64,000 bases of DNA. Origin: Blastocatellia bacterium (GTDB taxonomy: Bacteria > Acidobacteriota > Blastocatellia > Pyrinomonadales > Pyrinomonadaceae). Below the pieces are notes generated by a model. The model was not told where the DNA came from. It did no database searches and saw nothing but the letters and a program-made list of their open reading frames with translations. Below are positions 59,776 through 64,000 of this stretch, in pieces (positions within the stretch are counted from its first letter, which is position 1; each line of letters starts with the position of its first letter). A program made the translations under genes and the position numbers. Location: the NCBI GenBank assembly GCA_963834975.1, contig CAWIDZ010000004.1:127154-191153 (forward strand). Direction: 5' to 3'.

Positions 59776-61027
59776 ATCCGGACCCGCTAAACACACCCTC
59801 TATATTTGCTACTTCGGGCTGCGGCAGCCGCTGGTCCGGACGCAGGTGATACCGTACCTGCACGAGATCGCAAAAGCGGGCACCTCGGTCAGCCTGCTTA
59901 CCTTCGAGCCGGATCTTGATGCAAATTGGAGCGACGGGCAGATTGCCGAAGCACAGCAGGAACTAGAGGAACTGAACATCGAATGGAGCTGCCTTGCCTA
60001 TCACAAGCGGCCGTCGGCGATCGCGACCGCTTATGACATCCTTCGCGGGGCGCTGTTCATAAGGCGAAAGATCAGGGATGAGAATATCGACATCCTGCAC
60101 GGCCGGGTCCACGTTGCGACGCTGATGGGCGCTCTTGCCCGAAAATTCTCAAAACGAAAGCTCAAGCTGCTCTTTGATATTCGCGGCTTTTTCCCTGAGG
60201 AGTATACCGATGCAGGTGTATGGCCCGAAAATGGCTGGTTATTCCGGTCAGCCAAGCGAGTCGAGAAGTGGCTGATGGGCGAGTCGGACGGGTTTGTTGT
60301 CCTGACTGAAAAAGCGAAAACGATATTGTTTCCCGATGCGAACGGGGCCGATAAACAAGGCCGGCCGGTCGAGGTCATTCCGTGCTGTGTCGATCTTAGG
60401 GGCAGGTTTGCGGCCGGGAACGAGGATTCACGTGACGCGGTCCGGACGAGGCTGGGCATAGGCAGCCGTTTTGTTCTTATCCATCTCGGGGCCCTCGGCG
60501 GCTTGTACCTGACCGAACAGTTGGCGGACCTGCTGGCTGCCGCCCGTTCTGTCGATACCGGGACGTTTGCAATGTTCCTGACCCAGACGGACCCGTCTGA
60601 GATAGTTTCGCTCCTGCAAGAGAGGGGCTTTACCGAGGCTGATTATTTTGTCGCGATGGTAGCGCCTGATGAGGTCCCCAAGTATTTGAATGCCGCGGAT
60701 GCGGGCCTGTCATTTGTAAAGGCGACCTATGCAACACAGTCGCGCTCACCCACAAAGATCCCTGAATATCTCGCTGCTGGCTTGCCGATCATCGCAAATC
60801 CCGGTGTCGGCGACGTTGATGAGCTGATCAGCGAAGAAGGCGTTGGCGTCCTGGTAGATGGTTTTGACAATGAGAGCTACTTAAAGGCCATCAAACAGAT
60901 CAGGGAGCTTGGTGATATCGGGGACAAATGCCGCAAGACGGCACTAAAACGCTTTGACCTTGAAACGGTCGGGGCCCCTCGTTACCGCCGGTTATACGAG
61001 AATCTTTTTTGCAATGACAGCGATTAG
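59768..61027 (+). CDS. GT4/GT1-family glycosyltransferase
   Basis: GT-B architecture, with a C-terminal part carrying SPTKIPEYLAAGLPIIANPGVGDVDELI (E-x7-E-like region). Confidence 0.75.
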   Translation: MTESGPAKHTLYICYFGLRQPLVRTQVIPYLHEIAKAGTSVSLLTFEPDLDANWSDGQIAEAQQELEELNIEWSCLAYHKRPSAIATAYDILRGALFIRRKIRDENIDILHGRVHVATLMGALARKFSKRKLKLLFDIRGFFPEEYTDAGVWPENGWLFRSAKRVEKWLMGESDGFVVLTEKAKTILFPDANGADKQGRPVEVIPCCVDLRGRFAAGNEDSRDAVRTRLGIGSRFVLIHLGALGGLYLTEQLADLLAAARSVDTGTFAMFLTQTDPSEIVSLLQERGFTEADYFVAMVAPDEVPKYLNAADAGLSFVKATYATQSRSPTKIPEYLAAGLPIIANPGVGDVDELISEEGVGVLVDGFDNESYLKAIKQIRELGDIGDKCRKTALKRFDLETVGAPRYRRLYENLFCNDSD

Positions 61028-61051
61028 TTGCTAACATCTCATCCTTTGTTT

Positions 61052-62140
61052 ATGCGAGTTTTAGCGGTAGTACCCTCCCTTTACGATACCTCACCAGGCC
61101 AGCGTTTCAGGATCGAACAGTGGGAACCAATATTAAGTGAGAATGGGATCGAGATAACGTACGCCCCGTTTGAGACCGAGGAACTGAAAAACGTACTTCA
61201 CGGCCGAGGCAGGGTTCTTGCCAAGGTCAATGCCGTGACCCGCAACATGCGGCGGCGTAGCCGGGAACTCTCAGATCTGGGTGAATTTGACCTTGTTTAT
61301 CTTTTTCGTGAAGCCGCCTTGCTGGGCCCCCCGTGGTTTGAGCGTAAGATCGGACGATCAAAGGTGCCGGTCATCTTTGACTTTGACGACGCCATATTTC
61401 ACTCATATAAAAGCCCGTCAAACGGTTATCTCAGCTACTTAAAGTTCCCCGGCAAGGCCGCCGAGATCTGCAGATTGTCCACGCACATAATGGCCGGCAA
61501 TGAATATCTTGCAGATTACTCAAGGCAATATAATCAAAATGTAACGATCGTCCCGACGACTATCGATGCAGACAAATATAAGGTTGCCGATAAGGGCGCC
61601 GGCCCCGCAACCTTGACGATCGGCTGGAGCGGCAGCTTTAGCACGATCCAGCATCTCGATACGATCCGCGATGTGTTGCAGGAGTTGGCACAGACAGAGA
61701 GCTTTCGTCTGCGGGTCATAGGTTCACCGGATTACGAGATCGAAGGCGTCGATGTTGACTCTGTTCAGTGGAGGTCAGAGACGGAAATTGCCGATCTCGA
61801 AAAGATGGATATCGGCCTAATGCCGCTGCCCGATGACAATTGGAGCAAAGGTAAATGCGGACTCAAAGCCCTGCAATATATGGCTCTTGAAATACCGACG
61901 ATTTGCTCGCCGGTCGGTGTAAATTCTACAATCATTCAAGAGGGAAAGAACGGTTTTTTGGCCGGCGACAAGGCTGAATGGATCGAAAAGCTAAAGCTCC
62001 TGATACATGACACTGATTTGCGGCGTCAGATCGGGCGGGCAGGACGCCTAACGGTCGAGCAGGAATACTCGGCAAAGGTCATCGCCCCCAGGGTTGCAGA
62101 GATCTTTCGCACTGCGGCGAAGCGCCCTCAACAGGCTTAG
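61052..62140 (+). CDS. GT1/GT4-family glycosyltransferase
   Basis: MRVLAVVPSLYDT... and C-terminal KCGLKALQYMALEIPTICSPVGVNSTIIQEGKNGFL. Confidence 0.75.
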   Translation: MRVLAVVPSLYDTSPGQRFRIEQWEPILSENGIEITYAPFETEELKNVLHGRGRVLAKVNAVTRNMRRRSRELSDLGEFDLVYLFREAALLGPPWFERKIGRSKVPVIFDFDDAIFHSYKSPSNGYLSYLKFPGKAAEICRLSTHIMAGNEYLADYSRQYNQNVTIVPTTIDADKYKVADKGAGPATLTIGWSGSFSTIQHLDTIRDVLQELAQTESFRLRVIGSPDYEIEGVDVDSVQWRSETEIADLEKMDIGLMPLPDDNWSKGKCGLKALQYMALEIPTICSPVGVNSTIIQEGKNGFLAGDKAEWIEKLKLLIHDTDLRRQIGRAGRLTVEQEYSAKVIAPRVAEIFRTAAKRPQQA

Positions 62141-62141
62141 A

Positions 62142-63266
62142 ATGGAACAAATGAACATATTGGTCACCGGCGGTGCCGGATTTATCGGCTCGCACCTTGT
62201 GGATGCTTTGATAGACAGGGGGCACCGGGTGCGGATACTCGATTCGATAGTCGAACAGGTTCACGGCAAGGATCTGCCCGCGCACCTTAACAAAAACGCC
62301 GAATTTATCCGCGCCGACGTTTGCGACGCGGACGCCGTCTCAAAAGCCCTCGACGGTATCGACGTTGTTTATCACCAGGCAGCCGAGGTCGGCGTCGGGC
62401 AATCGATGTACGAGATCGTCCGCTACGTTAAGGCGAATGATCTCGGCACGGCTGTGTTGTTGGAGGAGATGATCAAGCGGCCTGAGCAATTTCGCAAGCT
62501 TGTCGTCGCGTCATCGATGTCCATCTATGGTGAGGGAGCCTATCGGTGCGAGGCGTGCGGCAAAAACATCTATCCGAATCTGAGGCCGAACGAGCAGCTT
62601 GCGGCACACGACTGGGAGTTCAAATGCGAGAGGTGCAGCGGTGTTCTCGAGACCATCGGCACCGCCGAAGACAAACCGCTGTACCCGACCTCCGTTTATG
62701 CAGTCACAAAACAGGATCAGGAGCAGTATTGTCTCGCTGTTGGCCGTGCGTACAAGATCCCGGCTGTTGCGTTTCGCTACTTCAACGTTTACGGCACGCG
62801 GCAGGCCCTGTCTAACCCGTACACGGGTGTGTGTGCGATATTCTCGTCGCGGCTGCTGAACGATCAGGCCCCGACGATATTTGAGGACGGCGAACAATCG
62901 CGCGATTTTGTCCACGTCAGCGATATCGTACAGGCAAATCTGCTTGCGATCGAGACGGACAAGGCTGATTATGAGGCGATGAATATCGGCACCGGTAGGG
63001 CGACCACGGTAAAGCAGATCGCCCGGGAACTGGCAAAAGGACTGGGCAAAGACATTGAGCCTATCATTGTCGGCAAATATCGCGAGGGCGACATCCGCCA
63101 TTGTGTAGCGGATATTTCAAAGGCCGAAAGGCTGCTGGGCTATAGCCCAAAAGTCACACTCGAGGCCGGCCTTGCCGAGCTTCTGGATTGGCTTGGCGAA
63201 CAGGACGCCGAGGACAAGGTCGAGAGTGCGACCGCCGAACTCGCCCAGCGAAGTCTTGTAAGATAG
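62142..63266 (+). CDS. NAD-dependent epimerase/dehydratase (extended SDR) with an inserted Cys4 zinc-ribbon-like segment
   Basis: ILVTGGAGFIGSHLV (Rossmann) and catalytic YAVTK. A roughly 45-aa insert, YRCEACGKNIYPNL...FKCERCSGVL, lies between SSMSIYGEG and PLYPTSVY. Confidence 0.85.
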   Translation: MEQMNILVTGGAGFIGSHLVDALIDRGHRVRILDSIVEQVHGKDLPAHLNKNAEFIRADVCDADAVSKALDGIDVVYHQAAEVGVGQSMYEIVRYVKANDLGTAVLLEEMIKRPEQFRKLVVASSMSIYGEGAYRCEACGKNIYPNLRPNEQLAAHDWEFKCERCSGVLETIGTAEDKPLYPTSVYAVTKQDQEQYCLAVGRAYKIPAVAFRYFNVYGTRQALSNPYTGVCAIFSSRLLNDQAPTIFEDGEQSRDFVHVSDIVQANLLAIETDKADYEAMNIGTGRATTVKQIARELAKGLGKDIEPIIVGKYREGDIRHCVADISKAERLLGYSPKVTLEAGLAELLDWLGEQDAEDKVESATAELAQRSLVR

Positions 63267-63320
63267 AGCTTTGTCAAAATGGTGAAAAACAAGTTTCGGA
63301 TCGAGCCGTTGAGATAAAAA

Positions 63321-63563
63321 ATGTACTTTTCAGTAAAACGTGTGGAACCTAAAGAAGGCTTTTTGCTGGCACTGACGTTTGAAAACGGCGAAAAGAAGGT
63401 GTTCGATATGAAACCGTTTCTCGACACCGGTGATTTTCGAGAGCTTAAGAACGTCGAGCTTTTCAATACCGTTCATATTAGCTTCAACACCGTGGCATGG
63501 GCTAACGAGTTAGATTTTGACCCGGAGGCCCTATACGAAGGCGGACTCCCTATATCGGAATAA
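63321..63563 (+). CDS. DUF2442-like small protein
   Basis: 80 aa. The pattern V..V.P...F.L.L.F.NGE...FD..P.L....F..L ... W.N..D..PE.LY is typical of DUF2442. Confidence 0.6.
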   Translation: MYFSVKRVEPKEGFLLALTFENGEKKVFDMKPFLDTGDFRELKNVELFNTVHISFNTVAWANELDFDPEALYEGGLPISE

Positions 63564-63570
63564 ACTATTA

Positions 63571-64000
63571 ATGTATGTACTTGGCCTTACAACTCTCGGC
63601 GACTCCGCCGCCTCGCTTATCAAAGATGGCGAGATCGTAGCTGCTGTCGAGGAAGAGCGTTTTTCCCGGACCAAGCATCACAGCGGATTCCCTTACCACG
63701 CGATCCAGTTCTGTTTGGATCAAGCCGGCATCACCCTAAAGGACGTTGAGCATATCGGGCACTACTGGAAGCCTTGGATCCTGCGTCACAAAGCTGTCCA
63801 GGCCGCCAAATCAGCATTCATCTCGCGCGATATGTTCAAGGCCCGGGCCGACCGCGGCGTTGCCCAGGTGAGTAACAGTTATCTGGGGATGTTCAAACAT
63901 CCGCAGCGGCTTCGCGAGCATTTTGGCCCGAGCGATTTCAAATTTCACTACCTCGAGCACCACCAGACCCACGCCGCATCGGCGTTTTTTATTTCGCCTT
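63571..64000 (+). CDS. Carbamoyltransferase (NodU/CmcH family), N-terminal part, continues beyond the right edge
   Basis: MYVLGLTTLGDSAASLIKDGEIVAAVEEERFSRTKHHSGFPYHAIQFCL...LEHHQTHAASAFF is the typical family N-terminus. Confidence 0.85.
   Translation, partial: MYVLGLTTLGDSAASLIKDGEIVAAVEEERFSRTKHHSGFPYHAIQFCLDQAGITLKDVEHIGHYWKPWILRHKAVQAAKSAFISRDMFKARADRGVAQVSNSYLGMFKHPQRLREHFGPSDFKFHYLEHHQTHAASAFFISP

Noticed and set aside
62511-63101. 196-aa ORF antisense to the epimerase
   Set aside because: It is a shadow ORF. The sense frame has the Rossmann GxxGxxG and YxxxK motifs.

Overview
This 64-kb window looks chromosomal. The gene content suggests an Acidobacteriota-like soil bacterium: many FG-GAP/VCBS 'DFDGDGKTD' repeat exoproteins, TPR/CHAT proteins, ECF sigma/anti-sigma pairs, BshA and PQQ-dependent dehydrogenases. 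That taxonomic call is inference, not a search result. I found no rRNA, tRNA, CRISPR array, transposase or integrase.

Layout:
- 1-1722: 5' part of an RHS/YD-repeat gene on the minus strand, running off the left edge.
- 1723-2642: long divergent intergenic region carrying eight exactly 20-bp-phased palindromic repeats.
- 2643-6711: tightly coupled 4-gene operon of two unrecognisable proteins, an ATP-dependent ligase and a PrimPol(AEP)-HAD phosphatase fusion. A convergent stand-alone LigD-type 3'-phosphoesterase and a nearby SRAP gene follow. No Ku is present. This is my best candidate for an undescribed system.
- 9.8-13.7 kb: a Crp/Fnr regulator and a large repeat exoprotein.
- 13.7-14.6 kb: non-coding scar with a roughly 180-bp nested palindrome.
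- 14.6-20.1 kb: operon of ECF sigma, a small protein, TPR-CHAT and an S8 protease.
- 20.2-22.9 kb: murA, a HIT protein and a TPR lipoprotein.
- 23-28.3 kb: two tandem adhesin-like paralogues, one heavily decayed, then a second roughly 20-bp tandem array.
- 28.9-53 kb: housekeeping and miscellaneous genes (rlmN, pgeF, acpS, two secreted nucleases, a sigma/anti-sigma pair, bshA, PPK2, PQQ dehydrogenases, TPP riboswitch plus thiC).
- 53-64 kb: a polysaccharide biosynthesis cluster.

About a dozen genes carry apparent frameshifts. Several of these genes have multiple lesions, while long neighbouring genes are intact.
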